Positions 9,015 to 17,426 of a stretch of DNA of 64,000 nucleotides are shown in pieces. The DNA lies in NCBI GenBank assembly GCA_964621445.1, contig CAZUNO010000004.1, positions 96,001 to 160,000 on the forward strand, in the 5' to 3' direction. The notes below the pieces were generated by a model, which worked only from the letters and a program-made list of their open reading frames with translations, was not told the DNA's origin and ran no database searches. Origin of the DNA: Candidatus Hadarchaeota archaeon (GTDB lineage Archaea > CAYQAE01 > CAYVLA01). A program made the position numbers and the translations under genes. Each line of letters starts with the position of its first letter. Position 1 is the first letter of the stretch.

Positions 9015-9677
9015 TCACTCTGTTAGCTTTTTGGAGGGAATGATCCTGGCCCTTCCGTGAAGCAGGTTGCCTATCCTAGGCGTGCATTCCTCGTCAAGGT
9101 TGGTGAAGGTAATGGTTAGTATTTCCTTTTTGGGATTTGGATTATGGAGTCGATATCTGTACCATACATATTCGTTTGAGGAAAGGAGATATTCGACGTA
9201 GGGGTTGTCCTCTCCCTTTGGCCTTAACCTGGATCTATCGTGGACGAACATCTCGCTAAACACGTACTGGGTACCGTCGGTATAGTCCAGGGCTATGTCC
9301 AGTGTTTTTCTATCCCCGTTCTCCGCTCCTGCCCAGTAGTCAATGGAATCAAGCTTGGAGACTATCCCGAATCTGCAGATATCTCCCACCTGACCGGGAT
9401 CCAGTAGCCACTGCTTGGTAATCAAGCCCACTATCTGGGTCTCATAGCTTGAGGACTCGCCGGGAATGACCTCGTTAAGCTCGTGGGGATTTCCTATCTG
9501 GCTGGTTACATTGAGAAGGGTGGTTGTCTCCTGCATATTATCTATGTAGTCTCGGAGAATCTCGATCTTCTTTTCAAGAGAATCGAGATCGGACTTTATC
9601 TTGTTCTGCATTTCGTTCCAGTCTTCAGACTTGATTACCTCTCCAGGGTTTCTGGCTATTGGTTCAAATTCTACCAT
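9015..9677 (-). CDS. CIS accessory protein, candidate short fibre or receptor-binding protein
   Basis: N-terminal PGEVIKSEDWN motif, short coiled coil, then a beta-rich domain ending YRLHNPNPKKEILTITF. Start ATG 9677 chosen from GGAGG spacing. Confidence 0.5.
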   Translation of the reverse strand: MVEFEPIARNPGEVIKSEDWNEMQNKIKSDLDSLEKKIEILRDYIDNMQETTTLLNVTSQIGNPHELNEVIPGESSSYETQIVGLITKQWLLDPGQVGDICRFGIVSKLDSIDYWAGAENGDRKTLDIALDYTDGTQYVFSEMFVHDRSRLRPKGEDNPYVEYLLSSNEYVWYRYRLHNPNPKKEILTITFTNLDEECTPRIGNLLHGRARIIPSKKLTE

Positions 9678-9678
9678 T

Positions 9679-10596
9679 TCAATCATCCTCCGATACGGCA
9701 ACGATCCCGGTCGTCCCCGCGGCCTTCATTGAGTTAACTACCTTCTGAAGGTACTCTTGGGAGACATCGCTAGATTCCAGCGTATCATGATCTATAATGA
9801 CCTTAAAGGTTGAGGGTTGGAGCCTTTTCCATTCGAATTCTATCTCAACCGGGGGTATACCAACGGCGAAAGTCTGTTCATCGAACTTTGCCTCATCAAA
9901 TACTCCCACCATTTTTCCCAGGGATTCGCTGTACTTCCATTTTGATATCCATCTGGTGAGCGTAGGTATTTCTCCCGGGGATTTTTCATCGGGCAGCTTC
10001 TCCCCGTCTAGAGTGGCAGCTCCTTTTTCCAGTATTAGTGTTTGATTACTCCCTAACTTACCATCATAGGTGACCGACTCGCCGGTATCGATGTTGGTTA
10101 TCTCTGGCTGGCTGACCTCGCCACCCTCCTTGACGGTTATGGTTATTCGAGGCTTAGCATCCTCTATGCTCTGGCTGCTGATCTGCCAGGTATCGCTGGC
10201 CCTTACCGTCAGCTTCTGGCGTCCCGGCGCCGGAGGATTCTCCACAACCTTGACCGAGCCCTGCCCCTCGTCCCTTATGAGCTTGGTAACCGAGTCCAAG
10301 ATTGCCGATACCGTTCCACCCCCCTTGTACTCGTCAACGGCTCTATGGATACGAGTTCGGAAATTGGCATCATCTTCATCGTCAAATCTTTCCATGCCCA
10401 GGAGGCTTGCCAGATTGTCCAGGTTTTCCCCATCAGCAACGTCGACCCATTTTGTCTTCATGACGTCCATGAGCTTATCTTCCGCCAGATCGAGTTCGGT
10501 GCTGATCCCATGTATGAGGACACTAATCAGGGAATCTTCGTCCCAACTTCTATAAAAACGAGGAAGCCTCCGCCTAATTCTTTCGACCCGGTCCAT
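9679..10596 (-). CDS. Baseplate wedge protein (P2 gpI / T4 gp7-like)
   Basis: LPRFY...LDNLASLLGMERFDDEDDANFRTRI...GGGTVSAI N terminus, VVNSMKAAG C terminus, directly downstream of baseplate J. Confidence 0.8.
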   Translation of the reverse strand: MDRVERIRRRLPRFYRSWDEDSLISVLIHGISTELDLAEDKLMDVMKTKWVDVADGENLDNLASLLGMERFDDEDDANFRTRIHRAVDEYKGGGTVSAILDSVTKLIRDEGQGSVKVVENPPAPGRQKLTVRASDTWQISSQSIEDAKPRITITVKEGGEVSQPEITNIDTGESVTYDGKLGSNQTLILEKGAATLDGEKLPDEKSPGEIPTLTRWISKWKYSESLGKMVGVFDEAKFDEQTFAVGIPPVEIEFEWKRLQPSTFKVIIDHDTLESSDVSQEYLQKVVNSMKAAGTTGIVAVSEDD

Positions 10597-10600
10597 CCAA

Positions 10601-12169
10601 TCACTTCAATTCGAAATCTATATCCATATTTCTTGGTTCCGCACGTTCCCGGCTAGATATGGTTATGTTCTCCTTTTCACTCTGCACTATCTCTCCTTCC
10701 TTGTGCGCCGTGAGTTTGACCTCCCTGACATCGATAACCTGGTTTACTTTAAGCGCGGAGTCGATAACCCGGGAATATAGCACATCCTCCCCTATTCCCA
10801 GGAAGGATATGTAGCTTCTCACCGCCATCTCGGCCTCGGTAAGCACACCGGGAGCATCGGCGGATTTTTTCAAAGTGAGAATGAAGCTAACATCGATGTA
10901 GGCCCTCTTCGGCCTGGAAAACTCGACCTTGATGCCCGCGGCCCGCGTTTCGTCTATTACCGCCTGAATCTCTTCTCCATCGCCCCCATCAGCGATAACG
11001 GCGACTATTCCCGGAACATCCTCGGGCATGTCCTCCACAAGAAGGGATCTAACTCCCTCGACCGCCCCCACTGCCGATTCAAGAGAGGACACGGTTGCTC
11101 TACCCGCGAATTCGAGGGCATGCCTTGCCCTTTCACGGAGCTCCTCATCGGTCTCCGTGCCCACGCCATTGGTGATGTCGCCCTTGTTTATCACATACTC
11201 AATTCCGGGGACCGGCTGAGGCATAACGGTGATGGTGCCGGCGAGCACGTTACCACGGGTTCCCGGTTGGTCACAGACCACGGGAACATCGGCTTCCCAT
11301 CTTCCCTCCTCCGTGGGCGAGAGCTCACCCTCTTCGGTGGTGGTGAATGTACGGGCTTCCTCGGGGGTGGAGGAGAATGTGGATACGCTTGCACCTTTGG
11401 GCACGATTATCTGATTATAGCTTGTATAGTCAACGCGAAAAACGGTTCGGGGGTCGGGCTTGGTCCCTTCGGCCACCCACCTGATCCTATTTTCCACCAC
11501 AATGTAGTCGACCTCGGGTTGGAAGGTATGCTCCTCACCCTCTACGGTCCCCTCCACACTGGATACCTCCTCGACCAGAGGCTTCTTGAGCTCGTATTCA
11601 TCAGAACCATCGAAGAGGTGAACCTCTTCTGAATTTGCTACCGTTTCTGGCTCGGAAGCTCTGCCGAAAGTTACCTGTCCCGAGGAAGGCTTTGGGGGTT
11701 TCCTGGTTATTCCGAGAAGGGAGACAACCATATCCAGGGCCTCTCCCTCCGCGGTCTCCAAAAAACCGGACTCATGAACCTCCTCCATCTGAGAGTAAAG
11801 GAAATCGATCTCCCGGCTTATGGCCTCCACTATGGTCCTAACCACGCTACCTGGGCTCACGTCCGAGATCCCGGCCGGCCTTGAGAACCAGTAGCTAACC
11901 TCGAATTCGGTGCCCTGGTCGGGGTGCCTTCCATCTGGTAACCACTCCACCTGGTTGGCTATTAATCTGAAATCCTCTTCTATATTGAACTGGACACCGG
12001 TCCCGTTGTGGATACCAGTGATCTTTGAGATCTTCTCCACAGGTTTGCTGGACAATTGATAGGAATTTAACCCCTGCCTGTATTCGATTTCCTCCACATT
12101 TTCCCCGCCAGTTATCTGGGTCAAGATGTCCTTTGAAACCTTTCTGTAGTCCTTCCGTATCGCCTTCAC
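10601..12169 (-). CDS. Baseplate J/gp47 (gp6-like) wedge protein
   Basis: PGSVVRTIVEA...ETAEGEALD...LGITRK, PGTRGNV, GTETDEELRERA, RAAGI. Confidence 0.93.
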   Translation of the reverse strand: MKAIRKDYRKVSKDILTQITGGENVEEIEYRQGLNSYQLSSKPVEKISKITGIHNGTGVQFNIEEDFRLIANQVEWLPDGRHPDQGTEFEVSYWFSRPAGISDVSPGSVVRTIVEAISREIDFLYSQMEEVHESGFLETAEGEALDMVVSLLGITRKPPKPSSGQVTFGRASEPETVANSEEVHLFDGSDEYELKKPLVEEVSSVEGTVEGEEHTFQPEVDYIVVENRIRWVAEGTKPDPRTVFRVDYTSYNQIIVPKGASVSTFSSTPEEARTFTTTEEGELSPTEEGRWEADVPVVCDQPGTRGNVLAGTITVMPQPVPGIEYVINKGDITNGVGTETDEELRERARHALEFAGRATVSSLESAVGAVEGVRSLLVEDMPEDVPGIVAVIADGGDGEEIQAVIDETRAAGIKVEFSRPKRAYIDVSFILTLKKSADAPGVLTEAEMAVRSYISFLGIGEDVLYSRVIDSALKVNQVIDVREVKLTAHKEGEIVQSEKENITISSRERAEPRNMDIDFELK

Positions 12170-12576
12170 TCCTCTCCCTCCAAATCGAATGGGTAGGTAA
12201 TGCTAAGCGTTCTTCCTTCCCCCTCGGGGACCACGGATATGGCTATATACAATAGGTTGGGGTCATGATTATCGGATCTAACCCTAATCTCGGTTACTTC
12301 CCTTATCCTTGGCTCCTGGGAGAGTGCAAACCTTATCGTGTTACGTATTCTATTCCTGGTCATCTCGTTATTCGGCTCCCCTATTATGTCATACAGGCGG
12401 GACCCGTAATCCGCATGACCCACATCCTCCAATTCACCCTCCTCGGTGGTTAGGCGATGAATAATTGCCTGGGCAAGATTGTCTTCCCCGGAGATAACAT
12501 CCAGGTCCCCTTTGCCGGGAACTAGATCAGCACCCACCCGGTCGAATTCGAGTCTGAGATCTGTTTTCATGGACAT
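12166..12576 (-). CDS. GPW/gp25 family baseplate (sheath-initiator) protein
   Basis: SGEDNLAQAIIHRLTTEEGEL...HADYGSRL...ALSQEPRI. Confidence 0.92.
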   Translation of the reverse strand: MSMKTDLRLEFDRVGADLVPGKGDLDVISGEDNLAQAIIHRLTTEEGELEDVGHADYGSRLYDIIGEPNNEMTRNRIRNTIRFALSQEPRIREVTEIRVRSDNHDPNLLYIAISVVPEGEGRTLSITYPFDLEGEE

Positions 12577-12586
12577 ATCAAAACCT

Positions 12587-13399
12587 CTAGTTTATGGTCA
12601 CCAGTGACCCCTTGATCTTGGTAACTGCACTCGAGGAAAGCTCCGAGAATGCATCGGATTTTAGTAGAAGCTGTAGCGCCTGGACCTTTGCCTTCCCCTG
12701 GGTGGTGGCATTTAGCGCCGTCTGGGCCTCCATGCCAATCTCGGCCGACTTGATATCGGCACTCTTCTTTGATTCAAGTTTTAGATCGGTGCCACAATCG
12801 AGCCCCATCGCCTTCTGGCTTTCAATCTTTACGTCAGATCCCGATATGCTCATATTGCCACTGGATTTAAGTGAGGCATCTCCATCCGCCGCTATCGAAA
12901 CGTTTCCCTTTGACTTTATCTCGACGTCCCCATCCTTCTTCACCCTGATTTTAGTTTCCCCGGAGGTAAGATTCGCCTCCTCGTCGCTTATGGCGAGCGT
13001 GGTTCCGCTTGGAAACTCCAAATATATCCTTCTAACATCCGAGTTCTCCTCCTGGGGGGAAACGTAAACCACTTCCTCTGCCTCGCTTGCCGGCGGCCTA
13101 TCCTCATCATTATACAGCCTACCGACCACTATTGGATAGTTTATATCTCCGTTAGCAAATACCACCAGCACCAGATCACCCACGTTGGGAGGTCCCACAA
13201 AACCTATTACCTGGGTAGCTATCTGGGCCCTTCTGATTTCCAGATCTGGATTCTTGAGCCTAACGTCGCATTCGTAGTTGTCCTTGTCGCTTTCATCCTG
13301 GTGAGGGTAGATGGAGGTTACGACGCCCAGCTGGGGCATCCAGAAATTGCTGAGTTCCTCCTGTGTTATCCCTCTTACCGCTTCGACTATATCCATCAT
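12587..13399 (-). CDS. Central spike (gp5 / gpV / VgrG C-terminal half)
   Basis: OB-fold motif PNVGDLVLVVFANGDINYPIVVGRLYN, followed by beta-helix repeats ending KIKGSLVTIN. Confidence 0.92.
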   Translation of the reverse strand: MMDIVEAVRGITQEELSNFWMPQLGVVTSIYPHQDESDKDNYECDVRLKNPDLEIRRAQIATQVIGFVGPPNVGDLVLVVFANGDINYPIVVGRLYNDEDRPPASEAEEVVYVSPQEENSDVRRIYLEFPSGTTLAISDEEANLTSGETKIRVKKDGDVEIKSKGNVSIAADGDASLKSSGNMSISGSDVKIESQKAMGLDCGTDLKLESKKSADIKSAEIGMEAQTALNATTQGKAKVQALQLLLKSDAFSELSSSAVTKIKGSLVTIN

Positions 13400-14379
13400 G
13401 GTAGTTCGGCTCCTTTCTTCCTTCCAGTTACGGTGGTGGTGAAGCCCTTTGTCTTGCTTAGGTAGTGCTCCACTCCGGTGACCTGTATCTCTCCATTTAG
13501 TGACGAATTTGGCGTGCCATTGACATCAACCACGTCTCCGAGTTTGATCTCCGCGCGTCCCACCAGGTCCAGGGTAACCTTCATTTTGTATTTCATTTTC
13601 TCCGCTCTCGCCTTAGCGACGCTTTGGGCGGTTTTAGTATCCTTTATGGTGGGGTCATTTATGATGAGGGGATTTCCGCCGCCGCCTCCGGATATCTTTG
13701 CTAAAACGTTCTGTTTCGTCAACCAGGTTATGGTGTGCGAACCCTTAGAGCTTGAAGGGCTTTCCCCCCGAATCTCGGTGGACCCATACCTTGGGGATGT
13801 ATCGAGACAAGAGGCGCTCATGATATCCTTTCCGTATTCCACCGTATGTCGATCCTCGGTAACCCAGGATCGAAATATTAGCTGGCCCTGCTCGTTTGAA
13901 TAGATATCGAAATTACATTTCTTGGCCAGCTTCAGGATGTGCTTAAAGGCATTTATCTTATCATCGAGGGAATATATCGGTAGATTAATTCCATCGGAGG
14001 CCTCCTTGACCTCTATCTCGGCCTCCTTGGCCAGATCCTTCACTATCTTACCCGCAGTTTGATTCGAGTATACCTTCTTGGTCTTGAGTTTCAGAAGTGC
14101 CGAGAAGGGACCCAGTCCGGTCAGGGTTAGGTTTCTGATATCGTACTCGACCTTGTCCAACGCACCGGCAAACACCTTCTCCAGTTTATCCTCATAACCA
14201 AGGCTGGCCTCCACCATCTCCTTTCCCTCGACCTCTAGGGCATCTGGAGATGACATCTTTATCTCGCAGCTATCAATGGGCAATCCCATGCTTCTCTTAA
14301 CCCGAAGGCTCACCAGCTTCCTTTCCTTGGCCGAAATCGAGTCCGATCCTACGGTGATGGAGAAAGCCGGTTTCATCAT
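13396..14379 (-). CDS. Baseplate hub (gp27/gpD, VgrG N-terminal-like)
   Basis: LGY...VFAG, TAGKIVKDLA, ILKLAKKCNFDIY, IKLGDVV...VTGVEHYLSKTKGFTT; lies upstream of the spike gene. Confidence 0.88.
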   Translation of the reverse strand: MMKPAFSITVGSDSISAKERKLVSLRVKRSMGLPIDSCEIKMSSPDALEVEGKEMVEASLGYEDKLEKVFAGALDKVEYDIRNLTLTGLGPFSALLKLKTKKVYSNQTAGKIVKDLAKEAEIEVKEASDGINLPIYSLDDKINAFKHILKLAKKCNFDIYSNEQGQLIFRSWVTEDRHTVEYGKDIMSASCLDTSPRYGSTEIRGESPSSSKGSHTITWLTKQNVLAKISGGGGGNPLIINDPTIKDTKTAQSVAKARAEKMKYKMKVTLDLVGRAEIKLGDVVDVNGTPNSSLNGEIQVTGVEHYLSKTKGFTTTVTGRKKGAELP

Positions 14380-14880
14380 CTACACCATCGACCCCCTAGA
14401 TGAATTGATCTCCTTTACCTTACTCCTTACCTCCTCCTTCGCCGATTGCTTCTGTTCCGGGGGCGGCGTTTCACCTGGGCCCTTCTCAGGTTCATGCTCC
14501 CTCAGTACCATGGAGTATTCGCTGCCCGAGGGTTCGGTGTTTTTTAGGGTAGCCGAGAATTTTTCCATAACTACCTCAGTTACCTCCGTCAGAGGGCTTA
14601 TATCGCAGGAAAATGATAACACCTTGCCCTTGGAGAAAAGATCCCTGAGCTGATCAAGGGTCTCGGGAGTGTCCGGGCCAACCAACCGACCGTCGAAGGA
14701 GATCTTTACCGGGTCCCGCCCCAGGTCCTGAAATACATTTGAATCGGAACCCGGGATCTTGAGCTCAACCACCGATCGCTCTCCGCTTATTGATAGATTA
14801 GCTATATTTCTAAGCTCCCGGATCACCCCATCCTCATCATTTCGCATAATGAGATCTATGTCCTCTACCCTCATCTGCAT
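14380..14880 (-). CDS. Tail tube initiator-like protein (gpU / Mu gpN N-terminal-like)
   Basis: VVELKIPG...FQDLGRDPVKISFDG...YSMVLRE pattern; position between tape-measure candidate and hub. Confidence 0.7.
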   Translation of the reverse strand: MQMRVEDIDLIMRNDEDGVIRELRNIANLSISGERSVVELKIPGSDSNVFQDLGRDPVKISFDGRLVGPDTPETLDQLRDLFSKGKVLSFSCDISPLTEVTEVVMEKFSATLKNTEPSGSEYSMVLREHEPEKGPGETPPPEQKQSAKEEVRSKVKEINSSRGSMV

Positions 14881-14882
14881 AG

Positions 14883-16412
14883 CTATATCTCCTCAAAGCT
14901 GATGTGACCGTAGTGACGGCGCACCTGTTCGGTCATTATCCTGGATATCTTTCTCTCCAGGTCCCTCAGATCCTCTTCCTGAACTTCGCCTGAAACGACC
15001 AGGTTCACATCCCTCTCACGGGTCGGTCTGACCGGTCGCAATACGGGACGAGAAGGTTGTTCTTCCTCTCTCTGAACGGTGGCCTGAGCGGCCGTTGATG
15101 GAGAGGTGGAGACCGGGGGCATTGTGGCCGTCACCGGGGGCCCGGAAACTGCAATATTTGCTAGGGGCCTAAGGTATTCCCTCTGGGTGACCTCGATGTT
15201 CTGGGCCATTTTGGTAAAATGATGTTCTATCTCACTGGCCAGGGCCGTTTCCAGGGAGAGTAATCCAGGTCCTGCCTCCCGCGGCCGAGATACGGGTGAG
15301 GGCCGGGTTTCGGCAGGGGCCCGGAAATCCACGGGAATAACTGGCAGTTGTGTTTCTTGCCCCTCCGATCCAATCTCCTTCAGACTGGATAATTCTCGGC
15401 CTATTTGCCCTTGAAGTCTGGCCATGGCCATGCTTGGCGCCAAAATCTCGGGAACAATGGCCCTGGTTTTATCCTCCTCAGTCTCAGTTCCGGATATATA
15501 CCTTCTTTCTTCCGAGGATGGTTGCTTTGCCGATACATTTCTAGTATCCTCAGGGGGGATTTCGCCCCCCGTTATGCTTATGGGCGAGCCCAGGTCTCCC
15601 TGTAGGCCTGAACCCAGCCTGGTCAGGGGCATCACAAGTTGAGAGGCGGCCACGGTCAGTGGTGAAACCGGGGTCTTCTCGGTGCCTAGCTGTGGCTTTT
15701 TCATTTCTACTTCTTTACCATCGGATTGTTTCCTTTCCGCGGTTTCCCCGTCTGACGCAGGTGTGCCAGGAAAGGCCGGGATTCCGGCCATAACTGTGCT
15801 TGAAATTGCGCCTGCAAGAAGAGCGGCATTGCCTATCTGACGGCCCGCTCGCTCTGCAACGGACAGGGGCTCATTTATGCCCTCCTCCAATTCCATTATG
15901 CTGGATGATACCCGTCTTGTGGCCTGGGATGGTCGTGACTGAGAAACTAGACCTGCCAGTCCCTGCGATCCGGTGATATCTCCGACCTGGAAATCTTTGG
16001 AAGGGGTCTCCTGGACAGCCCCTGGAACGAGGTGTACCATTTGCTGGGCCATGGCTGAGGCTATCTTTCTGGCTACCGAGACCCGGAATAGTAGGGAAAC
16101 GTTTACCCCTCCCATCCTTCCCGTTTGGGTCTTGACATCTTGCTCCATTTGGTCCTGTCGAGACCAGATATCAAGGGGTGGAAGAGGTGCGAAACCAGTC
16201 ATAGACAGCTCCGTCATCCTGTTACCTACGGTTGCCAGACGGGTTATGGCGCCAGTCAAGGTCCTGAAAACCGATGTCAGAAGTCTTTCCATGGATGCCG
16301 CGTACCTGGATGTATCAACACCCATCTCCCATAACCGGTTAACGTAGCGCTGGGTATAGGCAGCTATTCTAATGGGTTTAGAGATGGCTCGATAGGTTTT
16401 TCGTTCATCCAA
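14883..16412 (-). CDS. Putative tape-measure-like protein
   Basis: Canonical position after the chaperone pair. Low-complexity A/S/P/T/E sequence with a helical C terminus (LERKISRIMTEQVRRHYG). Start is TTG 16412 after GGAGG; the track gives 16439. Confidence 0.5.
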   Translation of the reverse strand: MDERKTYRAISKPIRIAAYTQRYVNRLWEMGVDTSRYAASMERLLTSVFRTLTGAITRLATVGNRMTELSMTGFAPLPPLDIWSRQDQMEQDVKTQTGRMGGVNVSLLFRVSVARKIASAMAQQMVHLVPGAVQETPSKDFQVGDITGSQGLAGLVSQSRPSQATRRVSSSIMELEEGINEPLSVAERAGRQIGNAALLAGAISSTVMAGIPAFPGTPASDGETAERKQSDGKEVEMKKPQLGTEKTPVSPLTVAASQLVMPLTRLGSGLQGDLGSPISITGGEIPPEDTRNVSAKQPSSEERRYISGTETEEDKTRAIVPEILAPSMAMARLQGQIGRELSSLKEIGSEGQETQLPVIPVDFRAPAETRPSPVSRPREAGPGLLSLETALASEIEHHFTKMAQNIEVTQREYLRPLANIAVSGPPVTATMPPVSTSPSTAAQATVQREEEQPSRPVLRPVRPTRERDVNLVVSGEVQEEDLRDLERKISRIMTEQVRRHYGHISFEEI

Positions 16413-16641
16413 GGTTTTCCTCCACCTCTTCCTCTTCATCCTCGGAAACCACTATTCTGGTCACTCCTTCAGCCGCCTTTTGGGCCGTTCTCTTCATCTC
16501 ATTTCTGTATGACATAGCGCCGGTGAGGAAGAGAACCTGGTCTCTGGTAAGGTTGGCGGGATTATCGGCCAGTTTGTATCCGCAGTCCAGACATAGGGCT
16601 GCAAGCTCTACGCCCTCGGGACTTTTAACGAACCGTTTCAT
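16405..16641 (-). CDS. Small tail-assembly-chaperone partner (lambda gpT / P2 E'-like, -1 frame ORF)
   Basis: 78-aa ORF in the -1 frame relative to the upstream chaperone, with an ATGA overlap; open back to the A9 run. Confidence 0.65.
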   Translation of the reverse strand: MKRFVKSPEGVELAALCLDCGYKLADNPANLTRDQVLFLTGAMSYRNEMKRTAQKAAEGVTRIVVSEDEEEEVEENLG

Positions 16642-17003
16642 TCGGATTTTTTTTTACGAGCTGCCGATTCGGTCACGCCGCTTAGTTCAAGGACCTTCAT
16701 TCCAATAAACTCCGGTACCCCGAATTTCATTGCGGCAACCTCTCCCTCAGAGAGCTCCGGGTCAACCAGGCCCTTTGAAGCCGCCATTCTGAGTGCTTCA
16801 AGGTTTTTGTGGACGTCAACATTGCCTAAATCCGGGGTTCCATCGTCCTTCAATGGAACGTTTCCAATCAAACCAAATATCTCAGAAAGCTCTCCATCGG
16901 TTAATGGACGTATAGAGACCTCTGCGTTATCGTACTCCTTGATGGTGAGAGTTTTCTTCATTTTTGCGCCCTGTAGAATGGCCTGCTTCGTGAGCCTTGT
17001 CAC
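16638..17003 (-). CDS. Tail assembly chaperone (gpG/gpE-like)
   Basis: Follows the tube gene. GTG 17003 after GGAGG; LTKQAILQG...VSIRPLTDGE...GLVDPELS pattern; ends RKKKSE*. Confidence 0.75.
   Translation of the reverse strand: MTRLTKQAILQGAKMKKTLTIKEYDNAEVSIRPLTDGELSEIFGLIGNVPLKDDGTPDLGNVDVHKNLEALRMAASKGLVDPELSEGEVAAMKFGVPEFIGMKVLELSGVTESAARKKKSE
16647..16655 (-). other. Candidate -1 programmed ribosomal frameshift site (A AAA AAA)
   Basis: T9 on the + strand reads CGT AAA AAA AAA TCC GAA TGA on the minus strand. The -1 frame continues ATC CGA ATG AAA CGG into the 78-aa ORF. Confidence 0.65.
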
Positions 17004-17008
17004 TTCTA

Positions 17009-17410
17009 CTACTCCTCCCTCATCCTGGTGGCGGTGAATGTGTAGTCGGTGGTGCCCACGCCGTTGGCATCCATTGAGAACACCTTTCCCTCCAGATAGC
17101 ACCTATCGAAGGCCAAGGTCCTCACGGATTGACCTCCCTTCTTGAGTTCTATTACCAGCTGGAATGGCTGGATGTCAGCCACGCCGGTAACCATCATGCT
17201 ATCAAACTTTGGAAAGCTGGAACGCACCTTAAGCGTGCCCTCCACGTACATGGGTCCGTAGTCTATTCCCACCCTTTCGTCAAGGCCTATGTTGTGGACA
17301 TTCTGGCGGTTTCGGACCACCTTGTACTCTATTGCCTGAAGCCCTGGTATGACCTCGCCGTCGACCTTTATGTTACTAACATTTGCGGAAACAACAACTG
17401 GTTCTGGCAT
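17009..17410 (-). CDS. Tail tube protein
   Basis: 133 aa, directly after the sheath; beta-rich tube pattern IKVDGEVIPGLQAIEY...NIG...YVEGTL...DYTFTA. Confidence 0.85.
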   Translation of the reverse strand: MPEPVVVSANVSNIKVDGEVIPGLQAIEYKVVRNRQNVHNIGLDERVGIDYGPMYVEGTLKVRSSFPKFDSMMVTGVADIQPFQLVIELKKGGQSVRTLAFDRCYLEGKVFSMDANGVGTTDYTFTATRMREE

Positions 17411-17426
17411 CTATAATCACCTCCTC

